Below, piece by piece: positions 20,394 to 31,958 of a stretch of DNA of 64,000 nt. Location: sequence record MT586120.1. One strand, given 5' to 3'. Each line of letters starts with the position of its first letter. Positions within the stretch are counted from its first letter, which is position 1. The position numbers and the translations under genes are program-made. The notes beneath the pieces are model-generated. The model made no database searches. It had not been told where the DNA came from and saw only the letters and a list, made by a program, of their open reading frames with translations.

Positions 20394-23300
20394 TTGCCAC
20401 TTAATAAGTTAGAAAATTTCATTAAGAACGTTGACGGTCGCACTCTGTATGTGAATCCAGCGGATTTGAATGCGACCGACAGTATTACAAACGAAGGCAC
20501 TTCTCTCACAGAGCCCTTCCGTACTCTTCAAAGGGCACTCATAGAGTCAGCTCGTTTTTCCTATGTTCAGGGAGATAATAACGATTTAATCGAAAAAACT
20601 ACGATTATCTTATATCCAGGTGAGCACACTATTGATAATAGACCTGGCTATGGTATTAAGGTTGATGGTAGTGGTGATGCTATTGCGGTAGCTCCTAATG
20701 GTCAGCAAGTTACACCAGCACCAGTATTCAACCTAGCTTCTGATACAAACTTTGATATTGAGTCCCCAAACAATATTTTATGGCACTTCAACTCCATTTA
20801 TGGTGGTGTTGTAATTCCTCGTGGTACTTCTATCGTAGGTATGGATCTACGTAAGACAAAGATCCGCCCCAAGTATGTACCAAACCCAACAGACCCATCA
20901 GTACCATCCTCTGCAATTTTCCGTGTTACTGGTACCTGTTACTTCTGGCAGTTCACAATTTTTGATGGTGCTGAAAATGGTCTAGTATTCACTGACCCAC
21001 AAGATTTCTCTGAAAACAATCAGTGTCGCCCAACATTCTCACATAATAAGCTAACCGCATTTGAGTATGCTGATGGTGTAAATCCTGCTATTGCTAATGG
21101 ATTTGAGCTAACTGACTTGCAGATGTATTATAGTAAGCTATCAAATGCTTATAATGAAGCATCTGGTCGTCAAATCAAACAGAAGTTCCCTGCACAACCA
21201 GAGGGATTTGCTCCAATGCTCCCCGAGTTTGAGATTGTGGGTGCATTTGCAACAGATCCTATTCGCATTGCTTCTCTAATTTCTGGTGATGGATTTACCC
21301 CAGACGCTGTTATTACAGTAGACACTGTTGTCCCCAATGATTTAGCCGTTGGAACTCCCATTAAGATCCGTGGAGTAGCTGTATCCGATTATAATATTTC
21401 TGCGAAAGTTGCGACAGTCATTAGCCCAACACGTTTTACATACTTAATCCCATTCGTAAGACCTGAACTTCCAGCACGTCCATCTGTATCCTCTGCAACT
21501 GTAACCGTTGAGACTGATACTGTTACTGGTGCATCTCCGTACATTTTTAACGTATCGATGCGATCCGTCTGGGGTATCAATGGTATGCATGCTGACGGCA
21601 GTAAGGCAACTGGATTCCGTAGCATGGTCGTTGCACAGTTCACCGCGATCAGCCTTCAAAAAGATGACCGTTCATTCGTTAAGTATAACGAACAGGCACG
21701 TAGATATGATGGTATTGATGTTAGTACCACAGTACGTGGTGCTGAACTAGCAGCAGGCTCATCCTCCACAAATAGTGCTCGTGTTTATCATCTAGACCCA
21801 CGAGCAATTTATCGTCCAGGTTGGGATACTACTCACATTAAGATGAGTAATGATGCTGTTATTCAGATCGTTTCAGTCTTTGCTATTGGATTCAACCAGC
21901 ACTTCGCAGCACTATCTGGAGCTGACGCATCTGTCACCAACTCAAACTCAAACTTCGGTCAATTTGCCCTATTATCAGGTGGATTTAAGAATGATGCATT
22001 TGAGAAAGACGACCGAGGATTTGTAACACAAATTGTTACACCAAATACTGCATACAATCCATCAGAAGATGCTATCTCCAATATTGGTTGGGTTAATATT
22101 GACTTTTCGTTGACTAACAGCCAATCATTACCTGGTCAGTTATATCTACTTGGTTATTCTAATAAAGAGGATATACCACCATACATCAATCAGGGCTTCC
22201 GTATTGGTGGAAACTATAATGAGACTTTATATCAACCACTTAGTGATGAATCACTTGAAAGTGCTTCAATTTGTATGGTTGATAACATTATTGATGGCAA
22301 TTCCAATGTTGCTACTGGTACTGATATTGCTCGCAAAACATATCCAGTAATTGCTGGTCCTGGTCAAGGTCCAACATCAGGCTCCACTCTAACTCTTCCA
22401 TTCCACGGTCTATTAAATGGAGAAACTATTCGTATCTTCTCTGGGACGGGTGATCTACCAGAAAATATCGATGCAGCTACATTATATTACGCAAACGTTG
22501 TTGATGCAGAGAACATTCGCATTTCAACCTCCCAGTCTAATGCTCTAAATGACCTATTTTTGGATATTTACGGCGGCACTGATCTGCGCATTGAATCTCG
22601 TGTAAATGATAAGACACCTGGTGATGCGGGTCATCCAATCCAGTATGATGATACTATAGGTAATTGGTTTGTTCATACTAATGTAAATAGTGATATCTAT
22701 CAGTATGTTAAATCAAATCCCACATCTACTGAAGGTCTTGACTCTGTTACTTTCTACCAGAGAGAGGGTGATAATAGAAGCCTTGACGATAAAATCTATA
22801 GACTAAGATATGTTATCCCCAAAGAAACTGTAAATGCTAAGCCACCAACCCCAGGATATGTTATTCAGGAGTCTTCTTCTACTGGTGCTAGGGATAATGA
22901 TGATTTCATCCTCAATGATTTAACATTCACTGATTATGAATATGATAGAAACCCAAGATATATTGTTAGCTGTAACTTCATCTCTATCTCATCAGAGGTA
23001 GAGGTTCGCAGTGAAATCCCTCATCAATTATTTGTTGGTGATAAGATCAACATCATTAATGTTACTTCAACAAATAATCCTGACGCAGTAAATGGTAGAG
23101 GATATAATGGTGAGTTCTTAGTAACACGTATTATAGATGCTAGAACTTTCTATTATAGTTCTACTGATGTTAATGGATTTACTAGAAACTTAATTGGTGA
23201 ATTGTTTACCAATGATACAAACGATAGAAACATCCTACTACCACGTTTTCAGCGTAAGGATAATCAAACCAATACTTTCGTCTATCGTGTAGAGGAAATT

Positions 23301-26270
23301 TCTCCATTCAGTGAGACGATTAGAGATGGTATCTATCATTTGTTCTGTGTTAATGGTTCAAATCAAGTAACCGAGACCTTTACCAATAGATTCTACAATC
23401 AGCCCATTGAAGATCTTTATCCTCAATTAGATACTGATAATACTAATAACAATGTTGAGTCATCAACAACTTTCGCCAATAGTTCACCACTAGGTAAAGT
23501 CGTTATTGATAGCCTACAGTCCTCTATCACTAGAGAGACTATTGATAAGCTATCAAAGAGTTCAAGTACAAATATAATCAAAACAGTTACTATTGGTGCT
23601 TCAGAAACTACATTAGAATTTGAGCGTGAGCACAACTTCAGTGGAGTATATGGTTACACTACATTAGCCGGTGGTAGTGGTTATGTTGATGGTACTTACT
23701 ATAATGTAAGGTTGCTATCTGGTGCTGCCTGGAAAGGTGCATCTGCCGAGGTTGTTGTTATCTCAGGTCAAGTTAATTCACTAACCATTATGGACCCAGG
23801 TTCTGGGTATAGTGGTGGAGAAACATTGAATATTGATCCATCTGGCTTGGGTGGTGGCGTAGGCGCAAGTATTACTATCACTTCAGATGATATTGAAAGT
23901 TCTGCTGGATTCGTATTACAACTCACTGGTGGTGGTCTAACAACACCTGACTCATACGCACCTATTGTAACAGTAGATAGCACAACATCAGTATCAATTG
24001 CTAATTCTTCTATTGTTTCTGGTATCTCAACTACCGGAATGTATGCTCTACCTACTGATAGTGGAACATCTATCGCAGCATATAGTTTTGATAGTACTAC
24101 TGGAGTATCAACATTCACTGCAGACCCAACAACTGGCTTTGGTATGCAGAGAGGTAATAGCTTCGTAGCATTTGACTCTAATGGATATCCATTAGGTAAG
24201 TATTACGTGTCTTCTGTTCCATCTCCAAACATTATTGAAACTAAAACTAATTCAAATCTAGTAGATGTAGCATTGATTGGTAAGTGTGGTTATGAAGATA
24301 ACGATGCTAATACTGGTTCTAGTGGAGAAAATATTGGTATCCGTGGTACCGCAGCATTTGATTTGGGTGTATTCTACTTAGAAACCAATTCAGGCACTGG
24401 AAATGTATTGACTCTATCAGCCAGAGATGGCGGCGTAACTGGTAAAGTCGCACAGAAACTACCTCTTGGAAGATACCTACAGATTGGCTCTGAAATTATT
24501 CGTGTTGCTAGCACTACATTTGGTGGACTAAACCTTAATGAAGTAACTGTTATTCGTGGTGCTCTTGGTACTAATATCATCAACCATCCACAGTATTCTA
24601 AGGTTCGTGCTATCTCTCCATTAGCGATTGAGCTACGCAGACCTTCTATTCTCCGTGCATCTGGTCATACTTTTGAGTACCTAGGCTATGGTCCTGGTAA
24701 CTACTCAACAGCACTACCACAGCTACAAGTAGAACAGCTCCCTGATGAAGAAGTATTCTTGGTACAGGCACAGGAACTATCTTGTGGTCAGGTTGTATAC
24801 ACTGGTATGTCCGATAATGGAGACTTCTACATCGGTAACACCAAGTATTCTGCTACTTCAGGCACACAAACTACATTTGATGTACCCATTCCAACAGTAG
24901 CAGGTCAAAATGCTTCCAGTAATAACGTAGTATTTGATGAAGTTATAGTCAATCAGAGATTATTCGTTGCTGGTGGTGAGACAAATCAAGTTCTATCACA
25001 GTTTGATGGACCTGTTAAGTTTACTCAATCAGTTAACATAGAAAATACTTTAGGTGTAACAGGTAATAGTTCATTCAATACTGTAGATATTCTCTCACAG
25101 GAGAATGCTATTTCTCTAACTGATGGTGGAGCACTTACTATTCGTGGTGGGGCATCCGTTGGTAAGGATTTGTATATTGGAGGCACACTATACTCAACTG
25201 GTGATTTCTCTACTAATATTGTTTTAGCAGCTGAGCCAGATTCTCCTATTAGCCTATTTGAGAATCAGAATAATGGTTTGCTTGGTATTGGTAGTCAACC
25301 AGGTAAAGTTGTTTTCAACACAACAGTACCTGCTACTGGTGATGGTGGAGATGACATTGCTGATGCTGATGCTGGTGTTGTTGTTGAGGGTGGTTTAGTT
25401 GTAAGGGGCACTCTACTAGCAGGTGAAGTTAAGGCTAATGGTCTTGGTAAGCCTGGTACCGTTATTATGTGGGGTGGTACTGTTGATAATGTCCCTGAGG
25501 GATACTTATTGTGTAATGGTGCAGCATATGATAGAACCACATACGATAAGTTATTCGCTTCCATTGGGTATGTTCATGGTGGTTCTGGTAATAACTTCAA
25601 TGTTCCTGACCTAAGAGACAAGTTCATTACTGGTGCTGGTTCTCAATATAATACTTCTGATGAAGGTGGAAGCAATACTGTTGTTTTAACTGAAGCGGAA
25701 CTTCCCACGCATACTCACATCATAGACAATACGGATATATCCCATACACACGCTCTTGATGCGGGGGCAACTGCAAGTGTTGTAAATGATAATACTCCAT
25801 TATCTGTTAGTGGTTCTACTGATGATGATACAGGAAAGCATATACACTCTTCTGGTGCTACCAGTGATCCTGGAAATCATACCCATTCTATTACTGATGT
25901 ACAACATGCACATAGTATGGCAGGCTTTAATCAAGAGGACAGTGCAGAAAGAAGTGCTGGACTCATTGTCGATGATGATCGAAGACCTAATGAGAATACT
26001 GGGTGGGCTACAAGGGGAGCATTCACTGGAATTACTGGCACGAATGGAGGTGGGAGTCATACCCATACTATTTCTGTAACTAATCTCAACTCCGAGCATA
26101 ATCATACATTGACTGCTAGTGGTAATGCTAACCATAACCATGATCTTGAGGGAAATACTGCAAGTTCTCTTGGTGATCATGATCATACTGCACAAACCAC
26201 TGGTGCTGATGTTGCTCACGAGAACCGTCCTCCATATTACGCTCTGGTCTATTTGATCCAGTACAAGTGA
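20394..26270 (+). CDS. large tail fibre/structural protein with C-terminal tail-collar domain
   Basis: TTG start after late promoter CTAAATA; C-terminal GTVIMWGG..P.GYLLCNG..PDLRDKFITGAG and His-rich THTH repeats ending HENRPPYYAL. Confidence 0.88.
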   Translation: MPLNKLENFIKNVDGRTLYVNPADLNATDSITNEGTSLTEPFRTLQRALIESARFSYVQGDNNDLIEKTTIILYPGEHTIDNRPGYGIKVDGSGDAIAVAPNGQQVTPAPVFNLASDTNFDIESPNNILWHFNSIYGGVVIPRGTSIVGMDLRKTKIRPKYVPNPTDPSVPSSAIFRVTGTCYFWQFTIFDGAENGLVFTDPQDFSENNQCRPTFSHNKLTAFEYADGVNPAIANGFELTDLQMYYSKLSNAYNEASGRQIKQKFPAQPEGFAPMLPEFEIVGAFATDPIRIASLISGDGFTPDAVITVDTVVPNDLAVGTPIKIRGVAVSDYNISAKVATVISPTRFTYLIPFVRPELPARPSVSSATVTVETDTVTGASPYIFNVSMRSVWGINGMHADGSKATGFRSMVVAQFTAISLQKDDRSFVKYNEQARRYDGIDVSTTVRGAELAAGSSSTNSARVYHLDPRAIYRPGWDTTHIKMSNDAVIQIVSVFAIGFNQHFAALSGADASVTNSNSNFGQFALLSGGFKNDAFEKDDRGFVTQIVTPNTAYNPSEDAISNIGWVNIDFSLTNSQSLPGQLYLLGYSNKEDIPPYINQGFRIGGNYNETLYQPLSDESLESASICMVDNIIDGNSNVATGTDIARKTYPVIAGPGQGPTSGSTLTLPFHGLLNGETIRIFSGTGDLPENIDAATLYYANVVDAENIRISTSQSNALNDLFLDIYGGTDLRIESRVNDKTPGDAGHPIQYDDTIGNWFVHTNVNSDIYQYVKSNPTSTEGLDSVTFYQREGDNRSLDDKIYRLRYVIPKETVNAKPPTPGYVIQESSSTGARDNDDFILNDLTFTDYEYDRNPRYIVSCNFISISSEVEVRSEIPHQLFVGDKINIINVTSTNNPDAVNGRGYNGEFLVTRIIDARTFYYSSTDVNGFTRNLIGELFTNDTNDRNILLPRFQRKDNQTNTFVYRVEEISPFSETIRDGIYHLFCVNGSNQVTETFTNRFYNQPIEDLYPQLDTDNTNNNVESSTTFANSSPLGKVVIDSLQSSITRETIDKLSKSSSTNIIKTVTIGASETTLEFEREHNFSGVYGYTTLAGGSGYVDGTYYNVRLLSGAAWKGASAEVVVISGQVNSLTIMDPGSGYSGGETLNIDPSGLGGGVGASITITSDDIESSAGFVLQLTGGGLTTPDSYAPIVTVDSTTSVSIANSSIVSGISTTGMYALPTDSGTSIAAYSFDSTTGVSTFTADPTTGFGMQRGNSFVAFDSNGYPLGKYYVSSVPSPNIIETKTNSNLVDVALIGKCGYEDNDANTGSSGENIGIRGTAAFDLGVFYLETNSGTGNVLTLSARDGGVTGKVAQKLPLGRYLQIGSEIIRVASTTFGGLNLNEVTVIRGALGTNIINHPQYSKVRAISPLAIELRRPSILRASGHTFEYLGYGPGNYSTALPQLQVEQLPDEEVFLVQAQELSCGQVVYTGMSDNGDFYIGNTKYSATSGTQTTFDVPIPTVAGQNASSNNVVFDEVIVNQRLFVAGGETNQVLSQFDGPVKFTQSVNIENTLGVTGNSSFNTVDILSQENAISLTDGGALTIRGGASVGKDLYIGGTLYSTGDFSTNIVLAAEPDSPISLFENQNNGLLGIGSQPGKVVFNTTVPATGDGGDDIADADAGVVVEGGLVVRGTLLAGEVKANGLGKPGTVIMWGGTVDNVPEGYLLCNGAAYDRTTYDKLFASIGYVHGGSGNNFNVPDLRDKFITGAGSQYNTSDEGGSNTVVLTEAELPTHTHIIDNTDISHTHALDAGATASVVNDNTPLSVSGSTDDDTGKHIHSSGATSDPGNHTHSITDVQHAHSMAGFNQEDSAERSAGLIVDDDRRPNENTGWATRGAFTGITGTNGGGSHTHTISVTNLNSEHNHTLTASGNANHNHDLEGNTASSLGDHDHTAQTTGADVAHENRPPYYALVYLIQYK

Positions 26271-26311
26271 TAATATAAATAGCTAAAAGCACTTACCAGC
26301 ATTAACTAATA

Positions 26312-28366
26312 ATGGCTAATTTTAATAAGTCCTTCAATTTTAGAGGTGGATTCCAGGTCGATGAAACAACTTTCATCGTCCGTGGAGAGAAGGTGGGCAT
26401 TGGTTCCAGTGTCCCCGATACTCTCCTAGATGTAAATGGAACCATCACAGCTAAAGGACTGGCTATTGATTCTAGTGCTGATGTTATTATAGAGAGTGCG
26501 AATGTAGGTTTCTTAAGTGCTACAACTATTCACGTTGGTGTTGCTTCTATTAGTGCTGGTATTATTACATCAGCAACTCCAACTGGAATCGTCACATACT
26601 ATGGCGATGCAAGATTTTTACAAGGACTACCAACTTCGCAGTGGATTGATACTGATGTTGGGTTAGGCTACACAAGTATCTACGCAGCTGGTAATGTTGG
26701 TGTAGATACAACAGATCCCCGTTATGCCTTCCAGGTTGGTGGTGTTCCTTTCCCCACCATAGATGGACCACCACTACCCGCACAGGATGGCGTAGGTATT
26801 GAGAATGGTAATGTATATGCTTCTGGTATTGTATCTACCCGTGGTGAGTTTATTGGTTTAGGTAGTAATATCACTGCTATTGATGGTAGTAATATTACTG
26901 TTGGTGCTATTGGTTCTATGGCTTATGGTCCTCTAATTGTAACAGAGGAAGTCATTGCTGATAGGTTCACTGGTATTGCTTCTACAGCTATTAGTGTAAC
27001 TCCTGATGCTACACTAGAGTTTGATACTGCAACAGCTAATGAGTTTAACGCAGTAAATAGATTCGTATCTACCACAGGTAAGCTACAGATAGGTGATGAC
27101 TCAACATCTTCCGCTGTAGGTGATATTGATGTATTTAAGACTGGTTCTAATTCATCAGTATATTCACTATCAAATCAAGTATCCAAGCTATTTGTAGGGG
27201 CACAAAGACAATCTGGTCAGGCTAGGCAGTTCGGTGGACTACGACACGGATTAGTTGGTAGCGACCCACTCACTCAAATTAATGACCTTGACCTAGTAAA
27301 CTATGATATTGGTAATCTAAACTTTTATCTACACTCTGGTAGTGGTGGTCCAGGTATTACTACTGGTGCTTTCCGCTGGATATATGGTCAGACTGGCTTC
27401 TCTCTAGCAGAACTATCCAAAGAAGGTGTATTTTCACTGAAAGGTAATGGTGTTTCTGGTTCTATTGTATTGGAAGTTGCTGGTATCTCTAGTTTTTCTG
27501 ACGCAGTATATATTAACGGAGACTTAAACGTTCCCGCAGGGAATAATGTTGATATTGGTGCTGATATAACTGTTAGTGGTAATTTTGACTTTAGTGGTAG
27601 TACTATAACCTTCCCAGATCAAGTTACAATGGAAGAATTGATAATAAGTGATACTCTCACAGTTGGTAATCCATTATCAGATTTTGTAACTATTACATCA
27701 ACGCAAATATCTAATGGAAATAGTATTATTGGTAATGGCACTATCAACTCTACTTCAATTCAGGGTGATACAATTAATGGTACATCTGTAAATGCAACAG
27801 AATTACAATATACCACATCTTTAGTTGGTCCTCAATTCTCAATAAATTCTCTGGGTGATCTACAGGCATCTTCAATAACATCTGCATCTGCATCATTATC
27901 ATCAATTATATCCACAGATATTACTACTGGCAGTCTTTCTGTTACTAGCTCTTTATCTGTAATTAATGCAAATGTAACTACAATTACTTCGGATACGGTT
28001 AATTCTACTAATATTAATGGAACAACATTGGATATTTCGGGAACCAGTACATTAAATGATATATCTTCCAATTCTATAGATACCCCTTTAGCAAATATAA
28101 CTGCGGTTAATACTAATAGTATTGCTCCACTTAGTTCATCATCTATCTCTATACCTGGAGATATTGATGGCGCTGGAAATGGAACTATCACAGATTTTAG
28201 TGAATTGAATTCTAGTTTAGTTAATTGTACAACACTTAGAGTTGATCAAATTGAGATCGCTCCAGGATTGTTTAGTTCAACTAGCGTTAGATTGACCTTC
28301 ATTAGTGATTCAGTTCCCGACGGTGCTTATGTTGATCTTACATTGACCCCACTTCCATCTAACTGA
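26312..28366 (+). CDS. tail fibre/virion structural protein
   Basis: Late promoter TATAAATA near 26275; GNVGVDTTDP-type beta repeats; Ser/Thr/Ile-rich C-terminus. Confidence 0.75.
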   Translation: MANFNKSFNFRGGFQVDETTFIVRGEKVGIGSSVPDTLLDVNGTITAKGLAIDSSADVIIESANVGFLSATTIHVGVASISAGIITSATPTGIVTYYGDARFLQGLPTSQWIDTDVGLGYTSIYAAGNVGVDTTDPRYAFQVGGVPFPTIDGPPLPAQDGVGIENGNVYASGIVSTRGEFIGLGSNITAIDGSNITVGAIGSMAYGPLIVTEEVIADRFTGIASTAISVTPDATLEFDTATANEFNAVNRFVSTTGKLQIGDDSTSSAVGDIDVFKTGSNSSVYSLSNQVSKLFVGAQRQSGQARQFGGLRHGLVGSDPLTQINDLDLVNYDIGNLNFYLHSGSGGPGITTGAFRWIYGQTGFSLAELSKEGVFSLKGNGVSGSIVLEVAGISSFSDAVYINGDLNVPAGNNVDIGADITVSGNFDFSGSTITFPDQVTMEELIISDTLTVGNPLSDFVTITSTQISNGNSIIGNGTINSTSIQGDTINGTSVNATELQYTTSLVGPQFSINSLGDLQASSITSASASLSSIISTDITTGSLSVTSSLSVINANVTTITSDTVNSTNINGTTLDISGTSTLNDISSNSIDTPLANITAVNTNSIAPLSSSSISIPGDIDGAGNGTITDFSELNSSLVNCTTLRVDQIEIAPGLFSSTSVRLTFISDSVPDGAYVDLTLTPLPSN

Positions 28367-28369
28367 TCC

Positions 28370-28398
28370 TTGACAAGCCGTAGCAGCTGTGCTACAAT
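28370..28398 (+). promoter_or_regulatory. sigma70 promoter marking the start of the early/accessory region
   Basis: TTGACA-17 bp-TACAAT. Confidence 0.8.
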
Positions 28399-28420
28399 TC
28401 ATCCATATAATGCAAGACCA

Positions 28421-28822
28421 ATGCTCAAGCCTCTTCTCGCAGCAATTATATTCTCTACGATGCCAGTTGCTACACTGGCACAGGAACAGGAACCATACGA
28501 TTACACTGGTGCTACACTTAGACAGCAGCAGTATCAGATCTATGAGCTAAACCGTCGCCTTCAGGTTCAAGGGAACCAGAGGGAGATACAAATGCTCCAA
28601 GATCGTGTAGCGAATGGAGGTCAGCCACCCCAGCCAACTCAAGTTATAGTTGAGCAAAGAACTAACCCCATAGTACCTATTTTAGGTGCTGCTTTAATTG
28701 GTGGTGCTATCATCTACGGTGCTAATCAAAACAACCGTAGCTATCACCACCACCACGAATACCACAGAAACGGTAATAGATACCGTATTTGTAGAGATCA
28801 CAAACGTCGTTACTATTGTTAA
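28421..28822 (+). CDS. secreted/membrane hypothetical protein
   Basis: Signal peptide MLKPLLAAII..VATLA; glycine-zipper ILGAALIGGAII. Confidence 0.7.
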   Translation: MLKPLLAAIIFSTMPVATLAQEQEPYDYTGATLRQQQYQIYELNRRLQVQGNQREIQMLQDRVANGGQPPQPTQVIVEQRTNPIVPILGAALIGGAIIYGANQNNRSYHHHHEYHRNGNRYRICRDHKRRYYC

Positions 28823-28824
28823 TT

Positions 28825-29034
28825 ATGGATTCCGTAGCACTATTCCTTTCTAGGGACTACACAATGAGTATCATTCAAGCATTACGTGAAGCAAAGGAGA
28901 GGTGTGATGGAGATGGGCGTAGGATTATGGCTAAACAATATGAAGAAGTTGAGACCATTATGCGTGCTCAACACGATATTGCCCAAAGCATTAGGGAAAA
29001 TATGGATCGGAACGGCGGCGACTACTCAATCTGA
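28825..29034 (+). CDS. hypothetical protein
   Basis: ORF; start uncertain. Confidence 0.55.
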   Translation: MDSVALFLSRDYTMSIIQALREAKERCDGDGRRIMAKQYEEVETIMRAQHDIAQSIRENMDRNGGDYSI

Positions 29035-29090
29035 ACCACTTACCAAAGTGTCCACTACCCCTTGCGGTTCTGCTCGTGAGGGGTTATATT
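29034..29090 (+). promoter_or_regulatory. repeated promoter cassette
   Basis: AACCACTT-accA-AAGTGTCCAC, hairpin, TATATT. Confidence 0.75.
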
Positions 29091-29145
29091 ATATTCATCA
29101 GCCGTGGTATAATAGCTTATTGGACCCAACCATTCTTCTTATTAA

Positions 29146-29961
29146 ATGAATAAACCATTCCTCAAGTGGGCAGGCAACAAGTTTCGTGTCCTTCCCCATC
29201 TCATTCCACATATCGGGTATCCAAAGACTTATTGTGAGCCATTTGGGGGTAGTTTATCTGTTGCATTGAATAATGCTGCTGATAAGTATATTCTAAATGA
29301 TATCAATAAAGACCTTGTAGCTATATACAATAACATTAATAGTGATGGTGAAGACTTTATTCAGTACTGTAATGAGTTGTTCATACCAACTAACAATACT
29401 AAAGAGGCATACTTAGATATACGTAGCCAGTTTAATACTTGTACTGATATGAGAGAACGTGCTCGTATCTTTGTTTATCTCAACCGCCACTGTTTCAATG
29501 GCTTGAGTAGATACAATAGTAAGGGTGGTTTCAATGTTCCTTTTGGTAAGTATGATTCACCTAAATGTCCTATTGATGAGATGAGATTCTTTCATAAGTA
29601 CTTTGAAGGTAAGGAAGTATCCTTTAATTCACTATCATTTGAGCACGAGTCACTATATTCTAGCTTAGGTGAAGGTGACGTTCTCTATATGGACCCACCA
29701 TATGTTCCTGCTACAGAGACAGCAAACTTTACGAGTTATGCTACAGAGGGATTTACTCACGACCAGCAGGTTAAGTTAGCTAACATTGCTGAGGAGTTAT
29801 CATCAAAAGGTGTTAAGGTTATTATAAGCAATCACGATGTACCAATTACTAGAGAATTATATAAGAACGCTAAAATCTACAGTATTCAAGTTAGTAGAAC
29901 CATTTCAGCAAAGAGTAGTAGTAGGAAGAAGGCAAGCGAGCTCATCGCAGTCTACGGATAA
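29146..29961 (+). CDS. dam: DNA adenine methyltransferase (Dam/D12 class)
   Basis: KPFLKWAGNK, EPFGGS, YLNRHCFNGL.RYN.KG.FNVPFG, YMDPPY. Confidence 0.95.
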   Translation: MNKPFLKWAGNKFRVLPHLIPHIGYPKTYCEPFGGSLSVALNNAADKYILNDINKDLVAIYNNINSDGEDFIQYCNELFIPTNNTKEAYLDIRSQFNTCTDMRERARIFVYLNRHCFNGLSRYNSKGGFNVPFGKYDSPKCPIDEMRFFHKYFEGKEVSFNSLSFEHESLYSSLGEGDVLYMDPPYVPATETANFTSYATEGFTHDQQVKLANIAEELSSKGVKVIISNHDVPITRELYKNAKIYSIQVSRTISAKSSSRKKASELIAVYG

Positions 29962-30016
29962 GCCACTTACCAAAGTGTCCACTAACCCACCCGGTGCTGC
30001 CGTGGTGGGTTATACT
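29961..30016 (+). promoter_or_regulatory. repeated promoter cassette
   Basis: AGCCACTT..AAGTGTCCAC, AACCCACC/GGTGGGTT hairpin, TATACT. Confidence 0.8.
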
Positions 30017-30043
30017 AGTTGTATCAACAGAGCAGAGAGCTAC

Positions 30044-31297
30044 GTGATCCAACTTCGTCCCCATCAGCAAGAATCACTCAACAAGCTGACCGTGGCGAGC
30101 CGTGGTCAAGTGATCGTCCCTACTGGCGGCGGTAAGACTCTTATCGGTATTATGGATGCCTGTAAGCGCTTTGAGAGCGCTTCTGAGCCCATCTCCATCA
30201 TTGTTGTGGCTCCACGTTTACTTTTAGCTAACCAGCTCTGTGAAGAGTATATGGAGGTCATCAAGGATCAAGTTTCTACTCAAGTTGTTCCCGCTCATAT
30301 TCATTCTGGGGACACCTCACATTTCTCTACCACCAAAGCCTGTGAGATCCGTAACTTCGTCTCTATGACTCAGGCAGCTGGTCTTCACCGCATTTTCTTT
30401 ACCACCTATCACAGCCTTCATAGGATCGCTGAGAGTAGTGTTCAAGCGGACACCATCTACTTTGACGAGGCACACAACAGCGTTCAGAAGGGCTTCTACC
30501 CAGCTGTAAAGTTCTTCTCAGAGACCACGCAACGCGCCTTCTTCTTCACCGCTACACCTAAGCACAGTGTGACCCCAAAGAAGCCTGGAATGAACGACAG
30601 CAGTGTCTATGGAAACGTTATCGTGAACGTAGAAGCAGGCAAACTTGTCCAAGGGGGCTTCATCGTTCGTCCACAGGTCGTAGCACGTGAGCTGCGCCTA
30701 CTCCAAAAAGATGAGCTGACTTCTCACCGTGATTCCGAGCACATCATTCAGAGCATCGACGAGAGTCGCGTTAGTAAGGTTCTGGTCTGCGCCAAGAGTG
30801 TAAAACAGATTGTTCGTATGGTTGCTGAGTCTTCCTTTGTGAATGACTTGAAGGCACGTGGTTTTTCTTATATGTACATTGCTGCTTCCACAGGAGCAAT
30901 CATCGATGGACGCAAAGTAACCCGCGAAGAGTTCTTTAAGACCCTCAATGCTTGGGGTGCCGATAACACGAAGCAGTTCGTTGTTTTACATCATTCTATC
31001 CTCTCTGAGGGTATCAATGTATCTGGGCTTGAAGCTGTTATTATGCTGAGAGCTATGGATGCGGTAGGTGTCGCGCAAACAATCGGAAGAGTTATTAGGC
31101 TTCACGAAGATGATGCCGCTGGTCTGCGTGCGGGCACCATCACACCAGGTAACACTTCTGAGTATACTAAAAGCTTCGGTCTTGTTATTGTACCCGTGTT
31201 CAACACTACTCAACAGGGCGTAGCGCGTTCCGTTGATAAGATTGTTGATACCATCTTCAACAAAGGTGAGGCAGCTGTATCTGTTATCCGTCGCTAA
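30044..31297 (+). CDS. SF2 DEAD/DEAH-like helicase (type III restriction Res-like)
   Basis: LRPHQ, PTGGGKT, FDEAH, TATPK, LSEGINV, QTIGRVIR; GTG start after cassette. Confidence 0.9.
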   Translation: MIQLRPHQQESLNKLTVASRGQVIVPTGGGKTLIGIMDACKRFESASEPISIIVVAPRLLLANQLCEEYMEVIKDQVSTQVVPAHIHSGDTSHFSTTKACEIRNFVSMTQAAGLHRIFFTTYHSLHRIAESSVQADTIYFDEAHNSVQKGFYPAVKFFSETTQRAFFFTATPKHSVTPKKPGMNDSSVYGNVIVNVEAGKLVQGGFIVRPQVVARELRLLQKDELTSHRDSEHIIQSIDESRVSKVLVCAKSVKQIVRMVAESSFVNDLKARGFSYMYIAASTGAIIDGRKVTREEFFKTLNAWGADNTKQFVVLHHSILSEGINVSGLEAVIMLRAMDAVGVAQTIGRVIRLHEDDAAGLRAGTITPGNTSEYTKSFGLVIVPVFNTTQQGVARSVDKIVDTIFNKGEAAVSVIRR

Positions 31298-31503
31298 ATA
31301 CTAGAAAGAATGGCTATACCATGGAACCAATCACACTAACAATACTAGTTGGCTTGATGCAAGTATCACCAACTCACTGTCAATTTGAATTGCTACATCC
31401 AAATGGAGTTATTGACACTCACGTTGTTAAGTGTGAGTATATCATCAATGGTGATATACTACCAATCACATAAATATCATTACATTACCTTTAACCACAA
31501 TAC

Positions 31504-31525
31504 CTCCCGCAAGGGGGGTTTTTTA
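31504..31525 (+). terminator. intrinsic terminator
   Basis: CTCCC-gcaa-GGGGG plus T-run. Confidence 0.6.
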
Positions 31526-31589
31526 ATGGAATCTTCACAATTCAGCTCATCCGTGTTAGAATACATACATTGTTACGATACACTACACA

Positions 31590-31895
31590 ATGAAAGCATT
31601 TTTCTTAATCCTTGCTAGTGCAGTTCTAGCATCCCCCGTAGCTGCTGCTGAGGTAGGTGTGCGCCATACTCACGGTCATACCACTAGCAACACATACAAT
31701 GGTCGCTCAGTCACCCGTAGCCACTCACAGGGCAGCTTTGCAGAGGTCTCTGGTGGTGGTTCTGCCGGTCATAATGGTGGTTCTGGTTATCGCCGCGTAG
31801 AGGCAGGCAGCTATGGTAGCCGCACCCGTGAAAGTTTTGATTTTAACAGCAGAACTACATCAACATTCACTGAAAGTAGCACTTTTAGTCGGTGA
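31590..31895 (+). CDS. small secreted Ser/Gly-rich protein
   Basis: Signal peptide MKAFFLILASAVLASPVAA. Confidence 0.75.
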   Translation: MKAFFLILASAVLASPVAAAEVGVRHTHGHTTSNTYNGRSVTRSHSQGSFAEVSGGGSAGHNGGSGYRRVEAGSYGSRTRESFDFNSRTTSTFTESSTFSR

Positions 31896-31958
31896 TCAGA
31901 CCAATTCTTAGCGAGAAAGAAGAGATAAGCCCCAAAATGTCCTATTTTACCTACAACA

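Noticed and set aside
25680-26230. His-rich repeats as a metal-storage protein
   Set aside because: HxH repeats are the standard metal-coordinating needle of T4-type fibre tips.
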